Assembly (NCBI GenBank): GCA_951406725.2
Contig: OX597818.1
Span: 17,546,001-17,610,000, forward strand
Direction: 5' to 3'
Length of the DNA: 64,000 bases
From: Octopus vulgaris
Taxonomy: Eukaryota
The stretch's first letter is position 1; each line of letters starts with the position of its first letter. The notes under the pieces were generated by a model. It was given only the letters and a program-made list of their open reading frames with translations. It did not search any database and was not told the DNA's origin. Positions 36,338 to 50,881 of the stretch are shown here, in pieces. Position numbers and translations under genes: made by a program.

Positions 36338-36382
36338 ATGCTACTGACGAAGCCCAATAGGGTTGAAATGCACGTCTAACAT
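36338..36382 (+). ncRNA. Compact type I hammerhead ribozyme (Penelope-type, partly decayed)
   Basis: atgcta-CTGACGA-AGCCC-aata-GGGTT-GAAA-TGCACG-TC^taacat. One mismatch in stem I; stem III looks like a CpG-decayed palindrome. Confidence 0.7.
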
Positions 36383-37570
36383 TTTTCACTGCCACAATTA
36401 AATGATGAGTTTTGTCTGCTGCTGATTGATATATTTGTGTTTTTAAACACAGTATGTTCCTAAGGGCTATGATCTCTGCATAAATACCACGATAAATTCA
36501 CTTTATCATGATGTATTTGTATTATGACACAAAGTCTTGTGAAAGGATTTGAAAGATGAAAACTGAAAGAAGCCCATCATATATGTATTCAAATAAATAA
36601 ATATATATATATATATATAATGTATATATACACAAGGGGGTGTTAAAAAGTATATGCAACAGTCCTCTTTCAGTTTACATCTAACAAATTCACTCACAAA
36701 GCTTTAGTAGAAGACACTTGCCCAGGGTGCCATGCAGTGTGGATGAACCCAGAATCATGTGATTGGGAAGCAAACTTCTTACCATACAGCTAAGTCTGCA
36801 CCTAAATTAGCATTTTCATGCCAGGAATTGAACCCAGGCCACCTGGTTGAAAGCCAGGACTCTTAACCACTATATTTATGATTGTTGAAAAAGCACTTAG
36901 TCATTTTTCTTGAGTATACTAGAAAGAGTGAAGGCATATGGTCTAGTACTAGTCTGTATGTTTCAATCTTGGACTGGGCCATGTGGTGTATCCTTGAGCA
37001 TGACATTTCATTTCATATTCTTCTTGTACACTCAACTGAAAGTGAGAACCAATGGGGGCTGGAGGAGAGGCTGCTAACCCTGTGATGGACTGATATTCTA
37101 TCCAGATGGATAAGTTTGGCTTCATGAGCCTGTAGGCTTGTAGCAATCTTTTATTTATATTCAGGAGAGTAATGTAAAAAGGGAACACACTAACTTACCT
37201 ACCCACTCACTTGTTTTGTCTTACCACATAAGTTTTAGATAACATTCTAATGCTCTGTACATTATATATATTAACATTAAGTAGCATATTGCATATTTAG
37301 TGAAGGTGATGAAGGCATGTCTAACACAAGCAAGAGTTGTGCAGTGATGTGGATGGTGGTGGTGGCTTACGGCAGCAGTGAAAGGGATATGCAAAAGTCA
37401 ACCTCAGTTGGGTTTGAACTCTGAGCACAGGAGCCAATACTGTTAGGGCTTCTACTTAACACTCTAATACTTAGTGAATTTACTATCTTACAACTACTAC
37501 TACTACTACTACTACTACTAGTTGTTCAGTATTAATTATACCTACACTATTTGTCTTTCTATTTCTGTAG

Positions 37571-37708
37571 AAACACCACAGCTGAAGATGTTCAGAATAT
37601 CTGTTCCTCTGCTCTCATCAGCTTTAGTATTCCTGAAAGACATGGACAGTGTATGAAACTGCTTCGCCAGCTTTTTCTGGTTCTGCAAAACTACAACGGC
37701 AAACTATG
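37571..37708 (+). CDS. AP5Z1: AP5Z1 coding exon 2 (138 nt)
   Basis: tttctgtag acceptor, gtaagt donor; (R)NTTAEDVQNICSSALISFSIPERHGQCMKLLRQLFLVLQNYNGKL, similar to human ...LQRLFLIISAT; phase 2/2. Confidence 0.9.
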
Positions 37709-38161
37709 GTAAGTTGTGTTTTTTCATTCATTCATTCAACTGTAGCCTTTTGATGTTGTTGTTATTGTTGTTTAGTCCCAAGGATAATTCTGATTGAGCA
37801 GACCTAGACAACATTGCAAGGCACCAATGAGTTAGGCTCTATGTGGCATTACTTGCCCTGCTAAATATAGCAATACAAAATCTACCTCAAATTAAACTTT
37901 ACTGCTTTTGCAATGAGAAGAGATTAATATTGCTAGAATACTATGACTGAAAAATGACTGAAAATATATATATATGACAGGCTTCTTTCAGTTTCTGTTT
38001 ACCAAATCTGGTTACAAGGCTTTGGTCAGCTCGAAGCGAAAGGAGAAGACACTTGCCCAAGGTACCACGTAGTGATGTATATAAAGGTATATATCTAAAT
38101 ACATACACATTTATTTATGTGTGAGTGTCTGTGTATCTATTTATCTATCTTTCTATCTATC

Positions 38162-38221
<60 letters not shown>

Positions 38222-38235
38222 GATATACACACACA

Positions 38236-39062
38236 CAGGCATACGTCACCCTATGTTGTTAATTGGTTCCAGGAGACTCACCTTAAGTCCGAAAACAACT
38301 TAAGTCCAATTAACTTGTCTTTAGGCGAGGCCGAATTTACTAAACTGATAATAACCATTCTCATTTTTATACTTTATTTATGAATGCATTTTCAATAATA
38401 CATGGTTAATAAAAACCATGTGTGCTAAAATCTTTTCCTTGTTATGTACAATCATTGATAGTTATCCGACTCGTCCCCAAAGATCATGCAATTGCTACCA
38501 CTTTTCCACCTTTTTCATGGCATTTTATCATAGCCAGTTTATCTTCCAGCATTATAGCATGACGCTTAGCACTTTTACTATGAATTTTCTTAGGAGCCAT
38601 GGGGGCAAAAAATAAAGTCACAAATGAATGAGAATGAGAAAGTAGCTGATAAACAGACGTAAGCATATCTGAATTCAAAACAACCGCAGGAATCAGAAGT
38701 GGCAGGAACGCCTAACCATAGATATTGGAACAACAGTGCAATATGATCTCTGAAAGACTGATAAATAAGACAACACAGCTGATTTCATGATTTTGTTTAC
38801 TAAGCTACACTACTTTATGGTGTGTATCTTAACATTTACTGTATGTATTTTAATATGATTTTATATGCTTTTATTCTTATATATTGTACAGTAACATGAT
38901 TTTATGTGCTTTTAACAGTTTTCTTGTGATTTTACAATTCCAATATTTGTGGTAGACAAACGTAAAGTCAAGTAAAATGACTTGACTTGATTTTTATTTT
39001 TCCATATATTATCTTTGAAAACCGATGTATAACCGAGAATGACTTAAGCCGAGGTATGGCTG
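38236..39062 (-). mobile_element. Non-autonomous Tigger/pogo-like element
   Basis: Ends CAGGCATACGTC / GAGGTATGGCTG|TA. Minus-strand remnant MAPKKIHSKSAKRHAIMLEDKLAMIKCHEKGGKVVAIA (CENP-B-type N-terminal HTH). Confidence 0.75.
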
Positions 39063-39274
39063 TATTCATTTTTGGGGGTTACTACTTCATGGGAACATGA
39101 TCAGGACACTTAGACTAAAGAACACTAAGGGCAAGGTCTAAAAGTCAATAAGTTATATTTATAACCATGAGTTAAACACAATATACATTCTATTTCATTC
39201 AAGGACTCCTTAGCAAATGAAGAGCACTTCAGCAAAACAGAATATCATTTTGCTGATCCCATTGTTAGAGATAA

Positions 39275-39314
<40 letters not shown>

Positions 39315-39609
39315 TAGATACATACATAAGTACCTACATACATACATACGTACCTACATACATATGTATGTACATACGTACTTGCATACATATGTACATA
39401 CATACATGCATAAAAACAAACTAATTAATTTTGCACAACAGGATCTGTTTTTAGATACTCTGAAATTAAATGTAGGTATACCTGCAAATTTTAAAATATC
39501 AAACACAAACCAGGACTCACTTGAAATGGTTGGTTTCATTTGCATAACCATGTGTTTGTTGGTAGTGAAGTTCATTATGCACAACATGGCATTTACTAGG
39601 TGATCTGAC

Positions 39610-39647
<38 letters not shown>

Positions 39648-41145
39648 TGTATGTGTCCCTGTAACTTAGCAGTTTGGCAAAAGAGACTGATAGAATAGGT
39701 AGCAGGCTTTAAAAGATAATGAAAAAAAATGCTTGGGGTTAATTTGTTCAACTAAAACCCTTCACCCCCGGTGCCCCAAAATTGCCACAGTCAAATGACT
39801 GAAACAATTAAAAGAAAGAAGATATATATAATATGTAGGCATGGCTATCTAGTTAAGAAGTTTACTTCCCAAGTACATGGTTTTGAGTTCAATTCCACTG
39901 CATGGCATCCTAGTAGTCTTAGGTTGATCAAAGCCTAACAAGTAGATTTCATAGGTAGAAACTAGAAGAAGCCTGTCATGTATATATATATATATATATT
40001 GACATCTAAGAATAAGATCCAGGGATCCAAGTGTTGGAAGTTTGTAAGCTTCAAATAGTCCATGGCAGGAATAGAAAACAAAAAGTAGACAGCGGTGGTG
40101 CCCCAGCATGGCCGTAGCCTTTGGGCTAAAACATTTTTAAGGATTTAAGTATACAATCAGGAATAATAACAATTGGCATTGAAGGTTGCACACTTTATCC
40201 CATATTGAAGTTACAAGGAAATTCAATAAGCTGAAAATTCCTGTATTAGGGTTTGGAGTGGGTAAACTCTGGGCTACATATGTTTCTTAGTTAGCCAATC
40301 CTCTGATGTAATAATATTTACTTAATGAGGGGTACTCAGCTAAGCTATTCATCCTCTGTTTGAAAGCTGCCCTATCTTTTTTCTCTCTAACCTCTCTCTC
40401 TCTTTTTCTGTTAAATGTTTTCAACCATCACCACCACAACTGCCATACACACACCATTCAAACTTCCAACGCCACCACCACCAATACCTTTGACTTTGCT
40501 GCCTTGCCCTCCACCACCATCACTACTGTCTTTCACATCGCTGAGTGCTTTAGCTACCACCGCCACCACCATCTTCACTGTCGCCTTTGCCGCTATCACA
40601 ACTACAGTTCATACTATTATTATCACCCCATTATATTCACAACCGTCAATCTAATATTGTCGCTGTGCCTATTACTTTCACTCCATCACGAGGAATAATG
40701 GAAATGTCATTGAATAGTGGGAATGGCAGTCAAAGTGTGACAATCAGAAATTCATTTTGGCATTATAATAGATTATTACATCAGAGGATCAACTCAGAAA
40801 CATATGTAGCCCAGATTTTACCCGTTCCACTCCTTCAATTTGGATATATATATGTGTGTGTGTGTGTGTATGTTATGCATGTATATACATGTTTGTGTTT
40901 CCTTTTCTTGATATTATACAGTAGTTGTAAACAAGCATTACATTCATACAAACAGAGCCCTTCATTTCTTATCTTCCATGAGTAGCTGTGTGGTAAGTAG
41001 CTTGCTTACGAACCACATGGTTCCGGGTTCAGTTCCACTGCGTGGCACCTTGGGCAAGTGTTTTCTACTATAACCTCGGGCCAACCAAAGCCTTGTGAGT
41101 GGATTTGGTAGACCGAAACTGAAAGAAGCCCGTCGTATATATATG

Positions 41146-41178
<33 letters not shown>

Positions 41179-41737
41179 ATATGTTTGTGTTTGTCCCCCC
41201 AACATCGCTTGACAACCGATGCTGGTGTGTTTACGTCCCCGGAACTTAGCGGTTCGGCAAAAGAGACCGATAGAATAAGTCCTGGGGTCGATTTGATCAA
41301 CTAAAAAGGTGGTGCTCCAGCATGGCCGCAGTCAAATGGCTGAAACAAGTAAAAGTGTAAACATTGGCAAATATTACCTTGCTTGGAAACAGGTAAGTGT
41401 TAGTGATAGGAAAGGAATCTAGCTGTAGAAAATTTGCCTCAGCAAATTCTCTCTCATACAAGTATTAAAAAGTGAATGTCAGACAGTGAGGACATATATA
41501 GTACATATATGATTCAACCAAGGAGCCTCTACTTAGTCACTTAAGCAGCTAGAAATAACAGCCAAATATCATTTCAGCTACACACTATTGTCTTTGAAAG
41601 ATGAAGTATGTATTAGATAAAGTTATTTAATGATTACAAAGTGTAGTATACTACACCTTATAACCATTAATAGTCAGTGGTCAAGCGCAGGGTGTGTTAA
41701 GGACATAACTAGCTATGTGTCTGGCACTTTGCAAATA

Positions 41738-43500
41738 AAATCAGAAGAGGTTTGGCAATGTCATTATGAAAGACTTCAGAACATGGAGAATGAATGGGAG
41801 GAGGAAAGTCTGCTAAATGTTGACACAATTGAGGGACCAGTTACCCGAATTGATAGTACCTTAGAAGATAAAACAATTAAGGATATTAAGACAGGGAAAG
41901 CTCCCAGCCCATCAGGTATCATCGCTGAGATATTTGAAATATCTGGTAGTGTGGGTTATGGTCTAGTCACCCTTATTGTAAATCAGGTGGTTCACAAAAG
42001 AGTCATACCCAATAACTGGTGTAACAGCACCATAGTCAGCTGCTATAAAGGTAAAAGTGATGCCTTAGAAATAATTACAGAGGTATCAAATTGTTGGATC
42101 GGGTGATGAAAGTTACAGAGAGAGTCATAGTCCAACTAGTTAGGGAGAGAGTCTAGATGAGATGCAGTTTGATTTTGTGCGAGGTAGAAGCACCACTGAT
42201 GCTATATTTCTGGTAAGACAGCTGCAGGAGAAATACGCAGCCAAAGATAAGCCTCTGTACTTGCCTTTTGTTGACTTGGAGAAAGCCTTTGACAGGGTCC
42301 CCCTGATCCCTTATCTTGTGGTCAATGTGGAAACCAGGGATAGACAAGTGATTGGTAAGAGCTGTATAAGCCATGTACTGGTATGCTACCAGTAAGGTGA
42401 GGGTTGGTAATGAGTAGTGATGAATTCAGGGTGCAAGTAGGGGTTCACTAAGGATTGGCCCTCAGCCCCCTCTTGTTCATCATTGTCCTCCAGGCAATAC
42501 CAGAGGAATTTAAGATAGGCTGCCCCTGGGAGCTCCTCTATGCTGATGACCTTTTTCTTTTAGCTGAATCACTACCAGAACTAGAGAAATTCCAGGTATG
42601 GAAGAAAGGTCTAGAATCGAGCCTTAGAGTTAACCTAGCAAAAACCAAAGTTTTAGTAAGTAGGAAGGTAAACAAATCACAAATCCCTTCAGATTGATGG
42701 CCCGGCTTGATATGTAGAAAAGGCATAGGTGGAAACTCCATAAGATGCACCCAGCTTTGGAGACATAAAATGTGCAGCAATATCAGAGAAAGGTTAATAG
42801 AGAAAATAGCTTTTGTATGTGGAAGATGCACTGAAAGTGTACAGAAAATAAACTCTATCAACTGCCAGTGGAGTAAGCTAGAGATAGTAGATAGCTTCCA
42901 TTATCTAGGTGACCAAGTTAGTAGTGGAGGTGGGTGCTCCGAGAGTGTAGCTGTGAGAATGAGATTAGGCTGAGCAAAGTTCAGCGAGCTCCTACCTCTG
43001 CTGACAACAAGGGCCTCTCTCTCAGAATGAAAGGCAGATTGTATGATGCCCGTGTGCAAACAACTATGCTACATGGCAATGAAACATGGGTTGTGATGGC
43101 CAAGGACATGCGTAGGCTTGAAAGAAATGAAGCCAGTATGCTTTGCTGGATGTGCATGTTCGACAGAGTGTCAGCATCTTGAGAGAAAAGTTAAGCATAA
43201 GAGGCCTCAGATGTGGTGTGCAAGAGAGACGACTGCACCGGTATGACCATGTGATGAGTATGGATGAGGACAGCTATGTAAAGAAGTGCCGATTTCTAAC
43301 TATGGAGGGAACTTGTGGTAGAGGTAGACCCAGGAAGATATGGGATGAGGTAGTGAATCACGATCTTCAGACTTTGAGTCCCACAGAAGCAATGACTAGT
43401 GACTGAGACCTTTGGTGATATGCTGTGCATGAGAAAACCTGTCAAGCCAAGTGAAATTGTAGTCATGGCTGATACTGGTGTCACATAACAGGCACATAAA
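41738..43500 (+). mobile_element. Degenerate 5'-truncated RTE-clade LINE in AP5Z1 intron 2
   Basis: KTGKAPSPSG, QFDFVRGRSTTDAIFLVRQLQEK, FVDLEKAFDRVP, LSPLLFIIVL, LLYADDL, VNLAKTKV, YLGDQ, GRGRPRKIW across frameshifts. Confidence 0.92.
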
Positions 43501-44021
43501 AAGCACCTTTCGAGCATTGGGTCTCACAAAAGCAAACTAGCTGAGCTCCTTTCAAGTGTTGGTCCTCATAGAGACAATGACTGAGATCTCTGGCATTATG
43601 TCATGCTTAAGAAGAAGACCCATCAAGCCAAGCAAAATTGTAGTCACGGCAGATACCAGTGTCATGATAATGGCCCCTGCGCCAGTGGCACATAAAAGCA
43701 CCCATTACATTCATAGAAACCATGCCAAATCAGACTGGAGTCTGATGCAGCCTTCCAGCTTGTCAGCCCTTGTATCTTTTGCCAAACCTCTAAGTTACTA
43801 GGACGTAAACACATCAACATTAGTTCAAGTGATGGTGGGGGGACAAACATGGACACAAAGATACACACACATAGACATTTTTTAGAGATTTCCATAATAT
43901 CTTCTGTTATTACTTCTCCAACAAAGATCCCATTATAAAATGTTAGTCACTATTTCATTTCATATCACACCAATATACATACAGTTTTATTGTCTGTATT
44001 ATCTGTCCAACTCCTGCTTAA

Positions 44022-44249
44022 CTCTTTTGATACCAGCCTGCCTGAAACCACCTCTGGCTCTGTAGTACAAATATCTTGTTTTCAAAAGTTCTGAATTAAA
44101 ATCTTCCACCAAACCTTAGTTACGATTTAGGTTCCGAACACTAACACTAGCTTAATGATAACTAAGTTGTATTATTAAATTCTTTGTTATATTTAAAATT
44201 AATTGAAAGAAACACAGAGCATCTCAACAGAAATATGGTAACAAAAGGG
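44022..44249 (+). mobile_element. piggyBac-type MITE (TTAA TSD); related copies at ~48750-48913 (-) and ~54270-54452 (+)
   Basis: TTAA|CTCTTTTGATACC...GGTAACAAAAGGG|TTAA. The internal aaaatcttccaccaaaccttagt block is shared by the three copies. Confidence 0.75.
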
Positions 44250-45208
44250 TTAAAGAGAATCCATCACTAAACTGACAATTCCAATGACTAATGCAGACTT
44301 CTGTTGTGTGATATAGGACACATTATCTACCAAATATGAAGCAAGTGGAATTTTTCCACAGTACTATATACCCAGGCATGTTTGGTTGTCATTCTTTGCT
44401 CTTTTTCATTTTTTTGTACCAGACATCATTTCATTGCATTATCATACATTTTGTCTCACTTATCCAAAACCCTGATGGCCTTTTCTTCACCAGCTCTGAG
44501 GTTAATGTTTGCTGAAGATGAAGCCTTTAACTGCTTTCAGAACTTCTTTCTTCTAACCAACTGCCTTTTGATTTCCTTGGAGGAACAGGAGTTGTGTAGG
44601 CAAGATACAGAAAAGAAGTGGGATGGGAAAGGAGTATATACTATGAATGGAGATGAAAAGATAAAAAATAGCAAACAAGAGAAAAGAGTAAAGCTTTAAA
44701 ATAAACAAACGATCAAATTGCAATTCTGCAGAATTTATAGAAATATCTCTTGAATGAATTGTGTTCTAATCTTGTAGCAGTTCTTTTGTAATTCCTTATC
44801 ATCTTTGTAGCAATTTTGAAGCAATATTTCTATAGGAAATTGTATTGTAATTCTCTTGCGGTTCTGAATCAATTTAGCTGCAATTTAAAGCAATATTTCA
44901 GTAGAAATTAAGGCAGTGAGCTGGCAGAATCATTAGCACACCAGGCAAAATGCTTAGCATTTCATCCGTCTTCACATTCTGAGTTCAAATTCCACCAAAG
45001 TCAACTTTGCCTTTCATTCTTTTAGGATTGATAAAGTAAGTACCAGTTGAGTTCTGAGGTTGATGCAGTTGACTTAACCCCTCCCTCGATATTGCTGGCC
45101 TTGTACCAAAATTTGAAATCAATATTTCTGTAAGAATTTTACTGTAATTCTGTAGCAACTCTTGAGCAATGTCTGATATTGTTGTCTCTCATGATGTTTA
45201 TGTTCCAG

Positions 45209-45413
45209 TATACCTTCAAAACTATTGTCGAACCTCTTTCTATCTGCTGTGGTGGTGAAGAAGAGTAACCGGGAATGTCTGCTGTGTAAACAGATCTTTA
45301 TTGAACTGCTGGCTTCAGATGAGGATGAAGATGGTAACCATATGGCTGAGATGTTCAACAACAGTGTTGATGTTTCCAAGGCCATCGACAGTTTACCTTT
45401 CTATTTGGTACAG
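45209..45413 (+). CDS. AP5Z1: AP5Z1 coding exon 3 (205 nt)
   Basis: tgttccag acceptor, gtgaga donor; (C)IPSKLLSNLFLSAVVVKKSNRECLLCKQIFIELL...SLPFYLVQ; phase 2/0 keeps the frame. Confidence 0.85.
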
Positions 45414-45452
45414 GTGAGACCCTACTTCAACCTTCTTTGTTTTATTGTTTTA

Positions 45453-45843
45453 CTAGCAGTATAGCCCGGCATTGCTCGGGTTTGTTTTGACCCTTTAGAA
45501 TTGGAATTTTTGAAAAGTAAAAATTTTGCATTATGTAACTTGTTATTCTCTTTAAGTGAACATTTTTCTGGTTGAAATACACCGAAAAATGGCAACACAG
45601 CAGTCAAAAAATCGTAAACAATAGGGATTTTCATAGAAAAAAAAGCACCTTTTTGATGTAAATAATTTTTAGTCTTAACATGGTCTGATTTGAATTTTTT
45701 CTTCTACTGAATGAAGAGCATGCCTTCTTCTATCATACTCTCAATTTTGGTCAACTTGTACCGCAGGGACTCGGAGGAAATAGTGTTAATTGAAGGCTAC
45801 CAAACCTGCCACACACAGACAACTTCAGCTTTATATATAGAGA
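45453..45843 (-). mobile_element. Non-autonomous Helitron 40 nt downstream of AP5Z1 exon 3
   Basis: Minus strand begins A|TCTCTATATATAAAG and ends with hairpin CCCGAGCAATGCCGGG then CTAG|T. Confidence 0.75.
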
Positions 45844-47182
45844 TTTCTGTTTTCCTCTGCTATCCTGAGAGGATTGTGTTTATTTGAACAGCTTTTGTTG
45901 TTGTTTAGCTACAAGACAACCTTCATTGACCAAAAGTAGTGGTTCTCAATCTTTATGATTTGACTAATATCTTGTAAACAAATTTGGAAGACAGAAACTG
46001 TTTAAAGGCACAGAAGTGGTTGTGTGGTAAGTAGCTTGCTTACCAACCACATGGTTCCAGGTTCATTCCCACTGCGTGGCACTTTGGGCAAGTGTCTTCT
46101 ACTATAGCCTCGGGCCGACCAAAGCCTTGTGAGTGGATTTGGTAGACGGAAACTGAAAGAAGCCCGTCATATACATATATATATATGTGTGCGTGTATGT
46201 TTGCGTGTCTGTGTTTGTTTCCCCCCAATTACTTAACAACAGATGGTGGTGTGTTTCCGTCCCTGTAACTTAGCAGTTCGGCAAAAGAGACCGATAAAAT
46301 AAGTACTAGGCTTTCAAACAATAAGTCCTGGGGTCGATTTGCTTGACTAAAGGTGGTGCTCCAGCATGGCTGCAGTCAAATGACCGAAACAAGTAAAAGT
46401 GATGTATGAATGCATGTCTGCATGCATATGTCTGTGTGTTTGTTTGCATTCTTTTGCTTCTCCAAATTTTGCTGGGCTACAAGCAGTGACATTGTTATTT
46501 CTACTGTTAACAAATCATCTGCTGGATTAATCACCCAAAGACATGTGGAATAAGAGATCCCTTACATGAAAAGCAGGTATGGGTTAGTGACATGAATGAC
46601 ATCATCATCAACATTTAACATCTGTTTTCCATGCCGGCATGGTTTGGATGGCTTGACAGGAACTGGTAAAGCCAGGGATCACACCAGGTTCCACTTCCAA
46701 CGACTATAAAAGAGTATTGGGTACTTTTTACATGGCATCCATCTGTAAAACAATGTTTCACTAATATATTTGTCAAACCCATGCTCTCTTGGAAAAACAG
46801 ACATAAAAGGAACAACTATAACGAATGATATACTGGAGTTCAAATACAAAAAATTACTGGTACACTTTGTATGGTTAGGGAAATAAAAATCTGTTCTAAA
46901 GTTTAAATATTTAAGTAAAAAATAAAGAAACCTATTGCCCACTTTGTTTTAATTAGCAAAATTATTCTTTTACTCGTTTAAGTCGTTTGACTGTAGTCAT
47001 GCTGGAGCACTTCCTTTACTCAAACAAATTGACCCAAGGACATATTGTTTGTAAGCCTAGTACTTCTATCAGTCTCTTTTGCCAAAAACCACTAAGTTAC
47101 GGGGATGTAAACACACCAACATCAGTTGTCAAGTGATGCTGGAGGACAGACACAGACACACAAATATGTATATATGTGTATA

Positions 47183-47217
<35 letters not shown>

Positions 47218-49251
47218 GCGATTCTTTCAGTTTCTGTCTACCAAATCCACTCACAAGGCTTTGGTTGGCCTAAGACGCCACATGGTGGGACTGAACCCAG
47301 AAGCAAGCTTCTTACCACACACCCATTCCTGCACCTATACTCTTTTACTCTTTTACTTGTTTCAGTCATTTGACTGCGGCCATGCTGGAGCACCGCCTTT
47401 AGTCGAGCAACTCGACCCCGGGACTTATTCTTTGTAAGCCCAGTACTTATTCTATCGGTCTCTTTTGCCGAACCACTAAGTGACGGGGACATAAACACAC
47501 CAGCATCAGTTGTCAAGCAATGCTAGGGAGACAAACACAGACACACAAACACACACGCACACACATATATATATACATATATACAACGGGCTTCTTTCAG
47601 TTTCCGTCTACCAAATCCACTCACAAGGCTTTGGTCGGCCCGAGGCTATAGTAGAAGACACTTGCCCAAGGTGCCACGCAGTGGGACTGAACCCAGAACC
47701 ATGTGGTTGGTAAACAAGCTACTTACCACACAGCCACTCCTGCACCTATATTAATAAATTTTAACAAGTTTGTTATTAGTATGGATTTTCTCAAGTCTCC
47801 AATTATTTTCTTCAAAATCTGCACCATACCTAGATATCCCTTGCTGCTCATCATTTGAAAATCATTAATCAAAGATATTCCAGCCATAACTATCTTTTAA
47901 CTTTTATCTTTTATTTGTTTCAATCATTAGACTGCAGCCATGCTGGGGTACCGCCTAGAAGAATTTTTAGTTGAACGAATCAACCCCAGAACTTTTTTTT
48001 AAGCCTGAATTTATTCTATCAGTCTTTTTTGCCAAACTACTATGTTACAGGAATGTAAACATACCAACACTGATTGTCAAGCTGTGATGGGCAACAGACA
48101 CAGGCACTATCACACACACACACACATACACATGATGGGCTTCTTTCAGTTTCTGTCTACAAAATCCACTCAAGGCTTTGGTTAGCCCAAGGCTATTGTA
48201 GAAGACACTTGCCCAAAGTGCTGTGCAGTGGAACTGAACCCAGAACCATGTAGCTGGAAAGCAATCTTCTTGCCACACAGCCACACTTGACTACCTTATC
48301 TTTTTTAAATAGTAGGGATCATAATATTCAATGCATTTTCCTTTTTAAGTTTCTTAAAGGAGAATAGGTTGATATTTCTAGCACTGCCGTGTTATCTGCC
48401 ATTCTATTGTTTACTATCTTCATGAAGCCTATGTATAAAGGATTGCATTAGATATAACTCTACCATCACATTTTCCTTCCTTTACACCCACCATTGTTCA
48501 CTCTCATAACTATCCCTCATTCTCACTTCCCTTCTACCACCCTCTCATTCCATTCACCCTCAACTATCATACTCTTGCTCCCTTTATGCACTTATCCTGG
48601 TTCTTCTTTGGCAGTCATTGCTCTCACTTCTATCCACTTTCTTTCTCTGTCATGTCACCTTGAACAAATAATTAAATCATAGAACTGTGAAGACTCTTTA
48701 CTGTATATATTTTGTGATGCTTTGTGTTTCTTTCAATTACTTTGATTATAACAAAGAATTTAGTAAAATAACTTAGTTATCATTCAGCTAGTGTTAGGAA
48801 CATAAATTGTGACTAAGGTTTGGTGGAAGATTTTGATTCAAAACTTATGAAAACAAGACCTTTGTACTCAGTGCCAGAGCTGGTTTCAGCCGGGTTGGTA
48901 ATGAAAGGGTTAAATTTACTGGAAACAAACGAACCCACACCCAGCACCCTTTGGTGAATGATTGAAGATGGTAGGATGTGATTTTGAGGGAGATTTGGCC
49001 ACTATGTCGAACAAACTGAGCAACAACTAAGAGGCTATCTCACTGGCTTATTTATGGTCAACTCATTTGTTCTTGTTGCTAGAAATTATTAACTGAATTT
49101 GCCTCAAATCACACAATATTATGTTTAAATAAGATACCGGATAGTCAAGGCTGGAATGTCATTAATCACATAGATGCCATATCAGGGCTGATTTCAAATC
49201 TAAACAAAAGTGTATTTCAGTGATTCAGTTAAATTCTACTCTATTTTTCAG

Positions 49252-49298
49252 GGACAAAAGATTGGTTGTTTGGCCAGGATGGTTTCTGAAGCTGTAAG
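49252..49298 (+). CDS. AP5Z1: AP5Z1 coding exon 4 (47 nt)
   Basis: ctatttttcag acceptor, gtaagt donor; GQKIGCLARMVSEAV(R); phase 0/2 bridges exons 3 and 5 exactly. Confidence 0.8.
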
Positions 49299-50850
49299 GT
49301 AAGTTTAGATGCTTACGATTATAATACATCTTATTGCTAACATTACAGCAATACTTGAGAATGAACTATGCCATGTGACAACTAATAGGAGTGATGAGGA
49401 AGAGAGGGAGTGTTGTCAAAGGAATAGATTATTTTAGGTTATGAAGTTAGAATCACAGCAATACACACGAAAGTAGGTCATCAGAATTCTGTGTCCTGGA
49501 CCATAACAAAGTAAAAACAAGAAAAGTCAAGGTTAGAATGGTAGAGGAAGAGTAGAGATATGAGGATTAATTGTGATGTGTTTTAAGGGCTATGGAACAC
49601 AAAGAATAAAACAAAGCCTAAAAGTGTTTGATGGGGAGGAAGGGAAGAAACACAGCATCTGGCTACTGAAACAAATATGTTGTCAGGGTTAGGGAGAAGC
49701 AGATAGGAACAAATATATACACATGCACACATGGATGTGTGTGTCTGCGCATACTGTGATAAACAGACAGACACATGCTTACTGAGAGATGCATCAATAA
49801 TCATTAACATATTCCCATCTGAGCTGCATGGTTGTGGATTTTCAGTGCTGCTAGCTAGGGGCATACACTGTTGCACAGATGTGGCAACAACAGGTGCCTC
49901 TTGCAACAGTTGTTCAGAGAGATTACCACCAAGCTGTCCAACCCATACCAGCATGGAAAACAGACATTAAATGTTGATGATAATGATCATGATGATATAC
50001 AGGGTACATCAGTTTTTGAGGACACCTCTTTCTCTCTAGCTTTCTTCTTATTTGTTCTACTTTGCTTTTCAGATAAATAAAGTCAGATATCAGGTTGACT
50101 CAGCAAACAGAAAGGCATGCTGTAATCATTTTCCTGTAGCTTCTTTCCATTATGGAATTTTTCTTTGAGTGTATTGTCTTTTTTAGCTACAGTCAGACAT
50201 AGCTTACAACACATAAGAGAGGCCTTAAAACTCAAACAATGCTTGGGCCTGAAACTTTTTAAAGGGAACAAAGGCTTTTCAGAGCTAATTCCACTCTCCA
50301 AACAATGTATGCATTTGTCCCAAAATAAAAGAATTAGTCTATGTCATTAGATGCAAACAATGTTGCAGGTGTTTCTGTGTGGTAAGAAGCTTGCTTTCCA
50401 ACTACATGGTTCCAGGTTCAGCCCCATTGTGTGACACTTTGGGCAAGTGTCTTCTACTCTAGCCTCAGGCCAACTAAATCTTGTGAGTGGATTTGGTAGA
50501 TGGAAACTGGTAAAAGTCTGTTGTATATATCTCAAATTTTATTTAATTTGCTTTGCGGGAAGGATTGTTTCCATGAAGTCGTGTCTCGCCTTTACCTTCG
50601 AAACACGGAGTAGACGAAACAGAGGCGGCTGAAGAAGGGGCATTTTCCTTGTGTTGTATGTCTTTTATTCTGCTTTTTCGTTGTTTAAAAAAATGTCCGT
50701 TTCCTTGGTTTTGTTTTTATGTTTTCGTTTCTCATTGTGTTCAACGTTTTTTTGATGTCCTGTACCCATATATGCATGTATATATACATATAGATGTAGG
50801 TACGTACATATATGTATATATGCACATGTTTTATTTATTATTTTGTTATA

Positions 50851-50881
<31 letters not shown>

